A stretch of DNA of 64,000 bases from assembly GCA_018262195.1 (NCBI GenBank), contig JAGTRS010000017.1, positions 639 to 64,638 of the forward strand, in the 5' to 3' direction. Both the position numbers and the translations under genes were made by a program. Below are positions 39,469 to 48,870 of this stretch, one piece after another; position 1 is the stretch's first letter; each line of letters opens with the position of its first letter. Source of the stretch: Pseudomonadota bacterium (GTDB lineage: Bacteria > Pseudomonadota > Gammaproteobacteria > Burkholderiales > Rhodocyclaceae). The notes beneath the pieces are model-generated. The model was not told where the DNA came from, made no database searches, and saw nothing but the letters and a program-made list of their open reading frames with translations.

Positions 39469-40848
39469 ATGGACCAGTCAAACCGCTACGCCGACCTCAG
39501 CCTCAGGGAAGAAGACCTGATCGCCGGCGGCCGCCACATTCTGGTGGCCTACAAGATGAAGCCGAAGGCCGGCCACGGCTATCTTGAGGCTGCGGCCCAC
39601 TTCGCCGCCGAATCGTCTACCGGCACCAACGTCGAGGTGTGCACCACCGACGAATTCACCAAGGGCGTTGATGCGCTGGTCTATCAGATCGACGAGGCAA
39701 CCGAGGAAATGCGCATCGCCTACCCGATCGATCTCTTCGATCGCAACATCACCGACGGCCGGATGATGATCGTTTCCTTCCTGACGCTGGTCATCGGCAA
39801 TAACCAGGGCATGGGCGATATCGAGCACGCCAAGATGTACGACTTCTACATGCCGCGCCGGGCCATTGAACTGTTCGACGGCCCGTCCAAGGACATTTCC
39901 GACATGTGGCGCATCCTCGGCCGGCCGATCAAGGATGGCGGCTACATTGCCGGCACCATCATCAAGCCGAAGCTCGGCCTGCGCCCGGAACCCTTCGCCC
40001 ACGCCGCCTACCAGTTCTGGCTGGGTGGCGACTTCATCAAGAACGACGAGCCGCAGGGCAACCAGGTTTTCGCGCCGATGAAGAAGGTCATGCCGCTGGT
40101 TTATGACGCGATGAAGCGGGCCATGGATGAAACCGGCGAGGCCAAGATTTTCTCGGCCAACATCACCGCCGACGATCACTATGAAATGGTCGCCCGTGGT
40201 GAATACGTCCTCGAAACCTTCGGACCGGACGCCGACAAGGTGGCCTTCCTGGTCGACGGCTACGTTGGCGGTCCGGGGATGATCACCACCGCCCGCCGGC
40301 AGTTCCCCAACCAGTACCTGCACTACCACCGCGCCGGCCACGGTGCCGTCACCTCGCCTTCAGCCAAGCGCGGCTACACCGCCTACGTGCTGGCCAAGAT
40401 GTCCCGCCTGCAAGGGGCCTCCGGCATCCACGTCGGCACCATGGGCTACGGCAAGATGGAAGGCGACAAGGACGACCGCGCCATCGCCTACATCATCGAG
40501 CGCGACAGCTACACTGGCCCGGCCTACCACCAGGAGTGGTACGGCATGAAGCCGACGACGCCGATCATTTCCGGCGGCATGAACGCCCTGCGCTTGCCGG
40601 GCTTCTTCGAGAACCTCGGCCACGGCAACGTGATCAACACCGCTGGCGGTGGCTCTTACGGCCACATCGACTCTCCGGCTGCCGGCGCCAAGTCGCTGCG
40701 CCAGGCCTACGAGTGCTGGAAGGCCAAGGCCGACCCGATCGAATGGGCCAAGGAGCATCCGGAATTTGCCCGCGCCTTCGTTTCCTTCCCCAAGGACGCC
40801 GACCAGATCTACCCGGGCTGGCGCGAAAAGCTCGGCGTGCATAAGTAA
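39469..40848 (+). CDS. cbbM: RubisCO form II
   Basis: [10 protein letters not shown] start after AAGGAG; [22 protein letters not shown]; 459 aa; no small-subunit gene. Confidence 0.97.
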   Translation: MDQSNRYADLSLREEDLIAGGRHILVAYKMKPKAGHGYLEAAAHFAAESSTGTNVEVCTTDEFTKGVDALVYQIDEATEEMRIAYPIDLFDRNITDGRMMIVSFLTLVIGNNQGMGDIEHAKMYDFYMPRRAIELFDGPSKDISDMWRILGRPIKDGGYIAGTIIKPKLGLRPEPFAHAAYQFWLGGDFIKNDEPQGNQVFAPMKKVMPLVYDAMKRAMDETGEAKIFSANITADDHYEMVARGEYVLETFGPDADKVAFLVDGYVGGPGMITTARRQFPNQYLHYHRAGHGAVTSPSAKRGYTAYVLAKMSRLQGASGIHVGTMGYGKMEGDKDDRAIAYIIERDSYTGPAYHQEWYGMKPTTPIISGGMNALRLPGFFENLGHGNVINTAGGGSYGHIDSPAAGAKSLRQAYECWKAKADPIEWAKEHPEFARAFVSFPKDADQIYPGWREKLGVHK

Positions 40849-40858
40849 TTACCCCGGC

Positions 40859-40882
40859 CAACCCCGCTGCGGCGGGGTTTTT
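40859..40882 (+). terminator. Intrinsic terminator-like hairpin between cbbM and cbbQ
   Basis: ACCCCGC-N4-GCGGGGT followed by a T-run. Confidence 0.7.
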
Positions 40883-40905
40883 CATCTCAGCCAGCGAGAA
40901 CGAAC

Positions 40906-41709
40906 ATGAACCAAGCCGACGCCTACAAGCTGCAGCGCGAACCCTTCTACCAGCCGCAGGGCAACGAAGTGGCACTTTATGCCGCCGCCTACGCCGCCCG
41001 CCTGCCGGTCATGCTCAAGGGGCCGACCGGCTGCGGCAAATCGCGCTTTGTCGAGTACATGGCCTGGAAGCTGGGCAAGCCTTTGATCACGGTTGCCTGC
41101 AACGAGGACATGACGGCAGCCGATCTGGTCGGCCGCTTCCTGCTCGACGCCAATGGCACCCGCTGGCAGGACGGCCCGCTGACGCTGGCGGCGCGCATCG
41201 GCGCCATCTGCTACCTCGACGAAATCGTCGAGGCGCGACAGGACACACTGGTCGTCATCCATCCGCTGACCGACCACCGGCGCGCCCTGCCGCTCGACAA
41301 GAAGGGCGAACAGATCGAAGCGCATCCCGATTTCCAGCTGGTCATCTCCTACAACCCCGGCTACCAGAGCCTGATGAAGGATCTGAAGCAATCGACCAAA
41401 CAGCGCTTCACGGCCTTTCAGTTCGATTACCCGAATCCCACGCTGGAAGCGCAGATCGTGGCCGCCGAAGCTACGGTCGACAGTGACATTGCTGCAAAGC
41501 TGGTCGAAGTCGCCCAGGCCGGACGACGGCTGAAAGGGCATGGTCTGGACGAAGGCATCTCGACCCGGCTGATCGTCTATGCCGGCACGCTGATCGGGCG
41601 CGGCGTAGCGCCAGTCGATGCCTGCAAGATGGCGATGGTGCGCCCGATCACCGACGATGCCGATGTGATTGATACGCTGGATCACGCCATCACGGCTGTT
41701 TTCGGCTAG
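40906..41709 (+). CDS. cbbQ: CbbQ AAA+ RubisCO activase
   Basis: GPTGCGKS, ICYLDE, SYNPGYQ, KDLKQSTKQRF. Confidence 0.93.
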   Translation: MNQADAYKLQREPFYQPQGNEVALYAAAYAARLPVMLKGPTGCGKSRFVEYMAWKLGKPLITVACNEDMTAADLVGRFLLDANGTRWQDGPLTLAARIGAICYLDEIVEARQDTLVVIHPLTDHRRALPLDKKGEQIEAHPDFQLVISYNPGYQSLMKDLKQSTKQRFTAFQFDYPNPTLEAQIVAAEATVDSDIAAKLVEVAQAGRRLKGHGLDEGISTRLIVYAGTLIGRGVAPVDACKMAMVRPITDDADVIDTLDHAITAVFG

Positions 41710-41716
41710 ATAGGCG

Positions 41717-44014
41717 ATGGCCGTTCCCGGCATTCGCAATGTCGCCGACGCCCGCCAGCGGCTGATGGCCAACCCCGAGTCGCAGGCCGCCTGGTCCGGG
41801 CTCGACTGCGGCTTTGCCGCCGTCGCTGACATCTTCGACGAATGCTATGGCGCGGCCAAACGGCTGATCGCGACCGAAGCGCTGCCCGACTTCCTCGAAG
41901 CAGCCCGCGTCATCGGCAAGCTCGGACGCGGCGCCGAACCGCTGCTGGCCTTTCTCGAACACTGGCCGAAGGTGCTCGAAGCCACCGGACTGTCCCAGTC
42001 ATCCACGCTGCCCGCCGTTATGGCGGCCATTCGCAGCCTGCAGAAATCTCCGAACGGCCCGGCGATCACGCCGCTGCTGCAAACCCTGGGCGCCGTGGCC
42101 ACGCGCCTGCGCACGGCCGAAGCGCTGCAGCATTACCTCAGCCTGGTACTCGATCTGGCGACGCGCACTGCCGGCTCGATCCATGGCCATCACCTCACCG
42201 AACCCAGCCCCTCCCTGCCTTCTTTCCTCGGCCAGGCACCGCGTCTGCTCGGCGTTGTTTCGCTGGCCGGCCTCAAACGCTGGATCGATGACGGCATCCG
42301 CCTGAACGTCGATCATCCTGAAAAGCAGCGCGCCTATTTTTCGCTGGCATCGGCGGATAGCCGCGCCATCCTGCAGCGCGAGCGGGACGGCACCCTGTTC
42401 GCCGACATCGAGCGGCGCCTGACGCTGACCCTCGCTGCCCTGTGGCAGGACGACAGCCCGCTCATTCCCTACTCGACGGCATTCAGCGAAGTTCGTCTGC
42501 ATCCCTATCTCGCCGCCGACGGTATGCGCCTGCCCGATGCGCTGGACGACGAGGCCGGCATTTCTGCTATCGACCGCTACCGCTGCATGCTTGCCCATCT
42601 GGCCGGGCATCGCCGCTGGAGCCTCCCGCTGATTGCCGATAACTGGAGCCCGATGCAACGACTGGCGGTCGAAACGCTGGAGGATGCCCGCGTCGACAGC
42701 CTGCTGCTGCGCCGCTTTCCCGGCCTCGCCCCGACCCTGCTCGCCCTCCACCCGAAACCGGCCGAAAACGTTTGCGACCCGGCCACCGAGAACTGCCTGC
42801 GCCATCGGCTGACCTGTCTGTCCCGTGCCTGTCTCGACCCGGCGCATGGCTATATCGATGCCATGCTCCATGAATTTGCCGAACAGTTCCGCCACCTGCT
42901 GGCCGGCGGCGAGGCCTCGACCCGCGCCGTGGCTGATCTTGCGCTGCGCTACGTAACGCGTACCCGGCAGCCCAGCGACCAGTTTCCTAACGTCCATTTC
43001 GCCGATACCGAGGTCGATTACCGCGACGACAACCGCCACCTGTGGACCTTCATCGAAGCCGGCGATGAAGAGGAAAGCTTCGAACCGCCACCGACTGCGG
43101 CAAACGATGAACCGGCCGGCCTGCCGCCGCGCCACTACCCGGAATGGGATCTCGCCACCCAAGGCTATCTTCCCGACTGGACGGCCGTCTACGAAGCGCT
43201 GCATCCATCCGGCAGCGCCGCCGACATCGACCGCCTGCTGGAAAAACACGCCATCCTCGCCCGGCAACTGAAGCGCCTGCTCGACCTGCTCAAGCCTCAG
43301 GACCGCGTGCGCCTGCGCTATCAGGAAGAAGGCAGCGAACTCGACCTCGATGTAGCTGTGCGCGCGCTGGTCGATCTCAAGAGCGGCCACCAGCCCGAGA
43401 CGCGCATCAACATCAGCCACCAAACCAATGGCCGCGACATCAGCGTGCTGCTATTGATCGATCTCTCGCAGTCGCTCAACGCCACGCTGCCGGGCAGCGG
43501 CCAGACCATTCTCGACACCGCCCGCGAGGCGGTTGCCCTGCTCGGCTGGGCGATCGATCAACTGGGTGACGCCTGCGCCATCGCCGGTTTTCATTCCAAC
43601 AGCCGGCACGAAGTGCGCTACCACCACATCAAGGGCTTCTCCGAACCCTGGGACGACCCGGTCAAGGCACGCTTGGCCGCGGTTGAAGCCGGATGGTCGA
43701 CCCGCATGGGGGCCGCCATGCGCCATGCCGGTCAGATGCTGGCAGCGCGTCGGACGGAAAAGCGCATCCTGCTTGTCATGACCGACGGTGAGCCGGCCGA
43801 CATCGATGTCACCGACCCGCAGCACCTGATCGCCGACACGAAAAAAGCCGTCGAAGAACTGAGTACCGCGGGCATCAGCACCTTCTGCCTGAGCCTCGAC
43901 CCCCAGGCCGACAGCTACGTCGGAAGTATCTTTGGCCACAACTGGCGGGTACTCGACTGCATCGAGCGCCTGCCCGAACAGTTGCCGATGGTGTACCTGA
44001 ACCTGACGCGCTGA
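41717..44014 (+). CDS. cbbO: CbbO VWA-domain activase adaptor
   Basis: HYPEWD, MIDAS DLSQS...STRMG...TDGEP. Confidence 0.92.
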   Translation: MAVPGIRNVADARQRLMANPESQAAWSGLDCGFAAVADIFDECYGAAKRLIATEALPDFLEAARVIGKLGRGAEPLLAFLEHWPKVLEATGLSQSSTLPAVMAAIRSLQKSPNGPAITPLLQTLGAVATRLRTAEALQHYLSLVLDLATRTAGSIHGHHLTEPSPSLPSFLGQAPRLLGVVSLAGLKRWIDDGIRLNVDHPEKQRAYFSLASADSRAILQRERDGTLFADIERRLTLTLAALWQDDSPLIPYSTAFSEVRLHPYLAADGMRLPDALDDEAGISAIDRYRCMLAHLAGHRRWSLPLIADNWSPMQRLAVETLEDARVDSLLLRRFPGLAPTLLALHPKPAENVCDPATENCLRHRLTCLSRACLDPAHGYIDAMLHEFAEQFRHLLAGGEASTRAVADLALRYVTRTRQPSDQFPNVHFADTEVDYRDDNRHLWTFIEAGDEEESFEPPPTAANDEPAGLPPRHYPEWDLATQGYLPDWTAVYEALHPSGSAADIDRLLEKHAILARQLKRLLDLLKPQDRVRLRYQEEGSELDLDVAVRALVDLKSGHQPETRINISHQTNGRDISVLLLIDLSQSLNATLPGSGQTILDTAREAVALLGWAIDQLGDACAIAGFHSNSRHEVRYHHIKGFSEPWDDPVKARLAAVEAGWSTRMGAAMRHAGQMLAARRTEKRILLVMTDGEPADIDVTDPQHLIADTKKAVEELSTAGISTFCLSLDPQADSYVGSIFGHNWRVLDCIERLPEQLPMVYLNLTR

Positions 44015-44084
44015 TTGACGCCAATCACGCCGCCTTCTAAAGTCAGCAAAAGCTGAAGCCAACCACTCGACCATTCAGGCTAAC

Positions 44085-45044
44085 ATGAACTTCATCCGTA
44101 CCCTGACACTCCGCCAGTTGCAGATCTTCGTCGTCGCCGCCCGCCACTTGAGCTACGCCCGCGCCGCCGAGGAACTGCACCTGACGCCTCCGGCAGTCTC
44201 GATGCAGTTGAAGCAGCTCGAAGACAACGTTGGCCTGCCGCTGTTCGAACGGATGGGGCGCGGTGTCGCACTGACCGATGCCGGCGACCTGCTGATGCAC
44301 CACGCGCTGCGCGTGCTCGGCGAAATCAAGGATGCCGAGGCCAACCTGCAAGGCCTGCTCGGCGCTGAGGCCGGCCAGTTGTCGGTCGGCCTGGTCAGCA
44401 CCGCCAAGTATTTCATGCCCCGCCTGCTCGCCCAGTTTTCGCAAGCCCACCCCGGCATTGAGGTGCAGTTCTCGGTCGGTAACCGCGAAAGCCTGCTGCA
44501 AAAGCTGCAGGACAACGCCATCGACCTCGCCGTCATGGGTCGCATCCCGGTCGAAATCGACGCCCACGCCGAGCCGATGGCCAGCCATCCCTACGTGGTA
44601 ATCGGACCATCCGACCACCCCCTGCGTGACGCCCGCCGCTTTGATTTTCAGGAACTGCGCCACGACACCTTCCTGCTCCGCGAGGAAGGCTCCGGCTCGC
44701 GCCGCGTTGCCGAAGAAATGTTCAAGAACCACCTGTTCACGCCAGCCCGCACCATCAGCATGGGCAGCAACGAGACGATCAAGCAGGCAGTGATGGCCGG
44801 CATGGGCATCGCGCTGATTTCATTGCACACCCTGCCGCTGGAATTGAAGACCGCCGAGGTCAGCGTTTTCGACGTCATCGGCACGCCGATCGAGCGCACC
44901 TGGTACGTTGTACACATGAACAGCAAGCGCCTGCTGCCGGCCGGTCAGCGCTTCCGCGAATTCCTGCTCGAACAGGCGGCGCCGGGACTGGAAAAGGAAT
45001 TCGGCCGATACCTGACGGCGCGCACGGCAAGCCCGGCCGCTTAA
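44085..45044 (+). CDS. cbbR: LysR-type regulator CbbR
   Basis: TLRQLQIF HTH, STAKYF, REEGSGSR, SNETIKQAVMAGMG. Confidence 0.88.
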   Translation: MNFIRTLTLRQLQIFVVAARHLSYARAAEELHLTPPAVSMQLKQLEDNVGLPLFERMGRGVALTDAGDLLMHHALRVLGEIKDAEANLQGLLGAEAGQLSVGLVSTAKYFMPRLLAQFSQAHPGIEVQFSVGNRESLLQKLQDNAIDLAVMGRIPVEIDAHAEPMASHPYVVIGPSDHPLRDARRFDFQELRHDTFLLREEGSGSRRVAEEMFKNHLFTPARTISMGSNETIKQAVMAGMGIALISLHTLPLELKTAEVSVFDVIGTPIERTWYVVHMNSKRLLPAGQRFREFLLEQAAPGLEKEFGRYLTARTASPAA

Positions 45045-45067
45045 GCTACAATCTGGTGCACTGCAAC

Positions 45068-46402
45068 ATGACCACATCGACAACGATCATGCATCCCCGC
45101 CTAGCGCTCTCCGAGCTGCAGGAGCATCCGCTCCGCCAGCGCCTGAACAACGAATTCCATGCCCGGCCGCCCGTGCCGCTGGTCGGGGCGATGCTCGTCT
45201 CGCACATGGTCTTCAAGCACAGCACCGAGAAGGCGCCGGCCGCCCGCGACAACCTCGCCAAGCTCTGCCAGGGCCACGTCTGCAACTCGATCGAAAGCTC
45301 GGATTCGCACCTGATGATCGACACCGGCGCCTTCCGCATGCGTTGGGAGCTGCACACCGAATTTTCCAGCTACACCTTCTTCCGGCCGCTGGCCAGCGGC
45401 GAGGAGTTGCACCCGGATGTCACCGCCTTCGACGCAGTGCATCCCGAGTGGATTTCCGGCATCCCCGGCAAGCTCATCGTCGCCACCCACGTCGAGTTGC
45501 GCTCAACCGACGAAATCAGCCCGGAGTCGATTCTCGCCAGCCTGACGCCAAACGGCCGGACAATGGTCGCCGCCAAGGTAGCCGACGACACCGCCTGGAT
45601 CTTCACCGACTTCAAGATCGACAACGGCTTCTCGCGCTTTCTCGTCCTCAACGCCGGCATGACCCAGCGCCAAACTGGCCGCACCGTGCAGCGCCTGGTC
45701 GAGATCGAGACCTACCGGATGATGTCGCTGCTCGGCCTGCCGGTCGCCAAGGAAGTCGGCCGCTGGCTGTACGACGGCGAAAAGAAGCTGGCCGAACTGA
45801 TGGACCGCATCGGCCAGGCCAATTCGCCAGCTGACGAACGCGAGGCGCTTGGCATCCTTTCTGCCCTTGCCGCCGACGTCGAACACTCCGTCGCCCGCAC
45901 CACCTTCCGCTTTGGCGCTTCACGCGCCTATCACGGGCTCGTCATGCAGCGCATCGAGGAACTGCGCGAAACACGCATCTCCGGCCTGCCGACCTTCTTC
46001 GAATTCATGCAGCGCCGCCTGATGCCGGCCATGAACACCTGCGAGGCGATCAGCCGCCGCCAGGAAGAACTCTCGGCCCGCGTCGCCCGCAACAGCCAAC
46101 TGCTACGCACCCGCGTCGATCTCGAACTGGAGCGCCAGAATCAGGAACTGCTCGGCCAGATGAACAGCCGCGCCAAGCTGCAACTGCGCCTGCAGGAAAC
46201 CGTCGAAGGCCTGTCAGTGGTCGTGCTGACGTACTACGGATCGCAGCTGGTGCAGTATCTGGCCAAGGGAACGAAGGATCTGCACCACATGAACACCGAT
46301 GTGATCACCGCGATTTCGATCCCGGTCATCGCCGGGTTGGTGTTCTGGGGGACGCGGCGGATGCGGAAGAAACTTGCCGCCGAAGAGGGCGGCACGGCTT
46401 GA
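45068..46402 (+). CDS. DUF3422-family membrane-anchored protein
   Basis: NEFHARP, WELHTEF, QRLVEIETYRMM, QLRLQETVEGLSV; start uncertain. Confidence 0.8.
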   Translation: MTTSTTIMHPRLALSELQEHPLRQRLNNEFHARPPVPLVGAMLVSHMVFKHSTEKAPAARDNLAKLCQGHVCNSIESSDSHLMIDTGAFRMRWELHTEFSSYTFFRPLASGEELHPDVTAFDAVHPEWISGIPGKLIVATHVELRSTDEISPESILASLTPNGRTMVAAKVADDTAWIFTDFKIDNGFSRFLVLNAGMTQRQTGRTVQRLVEIETYRMMSLLGLPVAKEVGRWLYDGEKKLAELMDRIGQANSPADEREALGILSALAADVEHSVARTTFRFGASRAYHGLVMQRIEELRETRISGLPTFFEFMQRRLMPAMNTCEAISRRQEELSARVARNSQLLRTRVDLELERQNQELLGQMNSRAKLQLRLQETVEGLSVVVLTYYGSQLVQYLAKGTKDLHHMNTDVITAISIPVIAGLVFWGTRRMRKKLAAEEGGTA

Positions 46403-46427
46403 GGCACCGGTAGTTTTCTGAAACGTA

Positions 46428-46971
46428 GCTTTCCGCGCTTGAGGCGCGGGCGTACTTTCTTCTTGCTTCGCCAAGAAGAAAGTAGCCAAAGAAGAAGGCG
46501 ACCCTGGGTCGGTGCCGGCTGCGCCGGTTCCCTGTGCTACTCGGGACTGGCGGGGGCTGCGGAACTCGGGCTTCGCCCTCAGACAGTCCTCGCCCTTTTC
46601 CCGCCAGCCCCTGCGTTGCTCGGCACCTTTCAAGGGGCCCGGTGAAACGATCCGTAGTTGAGTTTGGGTGCCTGAATGACAGATTTCATTTTTGGCTGCT
46701 TTTTCCGGTTGACCGTGCAAACCGGTTTTTTGCGACGAATTGCTGAGCCCGGACGCCTTTGGTGGCCCCATGAGAGGCGCTGAGCAACTCAGGCTGGCCG
46801 GGGGGCAGTCGGCTTGCCATGTTTGAGCCGCAGGCGAGTTCTGGCAAGCCGCCCGGCTCGCCGAGTAGCGCAAGGAACCCCGAAGGGGCACCGACCCTGG
46901 GTTCGCCTTTTCTTTGGCTACTTTCTTTTGGCGAAGCAAAAGAAAGTACGCCCGCCCTCAAGGCGGAAAGC
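46428..46971. repeat. Two diverged ~210-bp palindromic units in inverted orientation (REP/MITE-like)
   Basis: 46428-46640 matches the reverse complement of 46764-46971; each carries a TACTTTCTT..GCTTCGCCAA..AAGAAAGTA hairpin. Confidence 0.85.
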
Positions 46972-47026
46972 GATGGTCCAGAAAACCCTCCACCTTTATA
47001 ATCCTTCCTTTGCTCATTTCGGGAAC

Positions 47027-47965
47027 ATGACCGTGACCGCTCCGCTTTTCGAATCCACCATCACCAGCCTGCCGCTCCTCAACAAGGGCAAGGTCCGCGA
47101 CATCTACGCCGTCGACGCCGACAAGCTGCTGATCGTCACCACCGACCGCCTGTCCGCCTTCGACGTCATCCTGCCGGACCCGATTCCGCGCAAGGGCGAA
47201 GTCCTGCAGGCTGTGGCCAACTTCTGGTTCGACAAGCTCGGCCACATCGTGCCGAACCAATTGACCGGCGTCGATCCGGAAACCGTCGTCGCCGAAAACG
47301 AGCGTGGCCAGGTGCGCGGCCGTGCCGTCGTCGTCAAGCGTCTGAAGCCGTTGCCGATCGAAGCCGTCGTTCGCGGCTACGTGATCGGTTCGGGCTGGAA
47401 GGATTATCAGGAAACCGGCGCCATCTGCGGTATCGCCCTGCCACCGGGCCTCAAGATGGCCGCCAAGCTGCCGTCCCCGATCTTCACGCCGGCCACCAAG
47501 GCCGCCGTCGGCGACCATGACGAAAACGTCTCCTTCGCCACCGCCCAGGCCAACTGCGCCGCCGACCTCGCCGAAGCGCTGGCCGGCACCGGCAAGAACG
47601 GCGCTGGCCTGGCCGACGAAGCCCGCATCGCCGCCATCCGCCTGTACGAAGAAGCTTCAGCTTACGCCCGTGGCCGCGGCATCATCATCGCCGACACCAA
47701 GTTCGAATTCGGCATCGATGCCGCCGGCACCCTGCACCTGATCGACGAAGCCCTGACCCCGGATTCCTCGCGTTTCTGGCCAGCCGAGCAGTATCAGGAA
47801 GGCAGCAACCCGCCGTCCTACGACAAGCAGTACGTCCGCGACTACCTGGAAACCCTGGACTGGGGCAAAGTCGCCCCGGGCCCGAAGCTGCCGGCCGATG
47901 TCATCGCCCGGACCAGCGCCAAGTACATCGAAGCTTACGAAAAGCTCACCGGCAAGACGCTGTAA
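47027..47965 (+). CDS. purC: SAICAR synthetase
   Basis: [42 protein letters not shown]. Confidence 0.96.
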   Translation: MTVTAPLFESTITSLPLLNKGKVRDIYAVDADKLLIVTTDRLSAFDVILPDPIPRKGEVLQAVANFWFDKLGHIVPNQLTGVDPETVVAENERGQVRGRAVVVKRLKPLPIEAVVRGYVIGSGWKDYQETGAICGIALPPGLKMAAKLPSPIFTPATKAAVGDHDENVSFATAQANCAADLAEALAGTGKNGAGLADEARIAAIRLYEEASAYARGRGIIIADTKFEFGIDAAGTLHLIDEALTPDSSRFWPAEQYQEGSNPPSYDKQYVRDYLETLDWGKVAPGPKLPADVIARTSAKYIEAYEKLTGKTL

Positions 47966-48030
47966 TCGTTTTGTCTGAACCCGGCCCGCGTGGCCGGGTC
48001 AAATGGCTGTAGCCTCTTTGGGAGACAGCC

Positions 48031-48807
48031 ATGAAATATCACTCCGAGCATTTCTCGCATTCCGAATCAGATCTGCCGGGCATCCGCCAGATCGCCATGG
48101 ACCGCCCGCTGGCCTGGCTCAAGGCGGGCTGGCACGACCTGAAGGCCAACCCGCTGCCCTCGCTGGCCTATGGCCTGCTCTTTGCGCTGGGCGGCGACTT
48201 CATCATCCTCGCCCTGCTCCAGAGCCCGCACCTGCTCACCGTCTCGATCTCCGGCTTTTTCCTCGTCGCGCCGCTCCTCGCGGCCGGGCTTTACGAGTTG
48301 AGCCGGCGCACAGAGGCCGGCGAGAAAATCCTGTTCATCGACTCTCTGAAGTGCTTCCAGCGCAACGGCCAGTCGCTGGCCTTCTTTGGACTGATCCTGG
48401 CCCTCATCGTACTGATGTGGGAGCGCTTTTCCGCCGTCGCCTTCGCCCTGATCGACGCCACTTCGGCACCGATGGCCAGTGCCTACCTCAATGAAATCCT
48501 CTTCGACGGCCAGCACCTCGCCTTCACTGCCACCTGGTTCCTGCTCGGCGGCGTATTGGCGCTCTTCGTCTATGCGCTGAGCGTCGTTGCGGTACCGCTC
48601 ATGCTTGACCGCGACGCCGATGTCGCCACGGCCATGATGACCAGCCTGCGCGCCTTCATGCGCAATGCCGCTCCGCTGCTGCTGTGGGCAGCCCTGCTCG
48701 TCGGCCTGACCCTGCTTGGTTTCTCCACCCTGCTCTTCGGCCTGGTCCTGATCATGCCAATTCTCGGCCATGCCTCGTGGCATGCCTACCGCGAGCTTGT
48801 AGAATAG
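48031..48807 (+). CDS. DUF2189-family membrane protein
   Basis: WLKAGWHD, GLYELSRR, PILGHASWHAYR. Confidence 0.85.
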   Translation: MKYHSEHFSHSESDLPGIRQIAMDRPLAWLKAGWHDLKANPLPSLAYGLLFALGGDFIILALLQSPHLLTVSISGFFLVAPLLAAGLYELSRRTEAGEKILFIDSLKCFQRNGQSLAFFGLILALIVLMWERFSAVAFALIDATSAPMASAYLNEILFDGQHLAFTATWFLLGGVLALFVYALSVVAVPLMLDRDADVATAMMTSLRAFMRNAAPLLLWAALLVGLTLLGFSTLLFGLVLIMPILGHASWHAYRELVE

Positions 48808-48826
48808 GGGTTCTGCCCCCAGATTC

Positions 48827-48853
48827 AACGGGCGGCCTGACCGCCCGTTTTTC
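48827..48853 (+). terminator. Intrinsic terminator
   Basis: AACGGGCGG-N4-CCGCCCGTT plus T-run. Confidence 0.7.
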
Positions 48854-48870
48854 TTGCCTGGAATATAAAA

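Noticed and set aside
40906-44014. NorQ/NorD (nitric oxide reductase accessory) assignment
   Set aside because: Same families, but position directly after cbbM with no nor genes favours CbbQ/CbbO
46428-46971. CRISPR array, tRNA or coding interpretation of the repeat, including the purC upstream extension
   Set aside because: Only two inverted units, no repeat-spacer periodicity, no cas genes, no cloverleaf; the ORFs are repeat-derived
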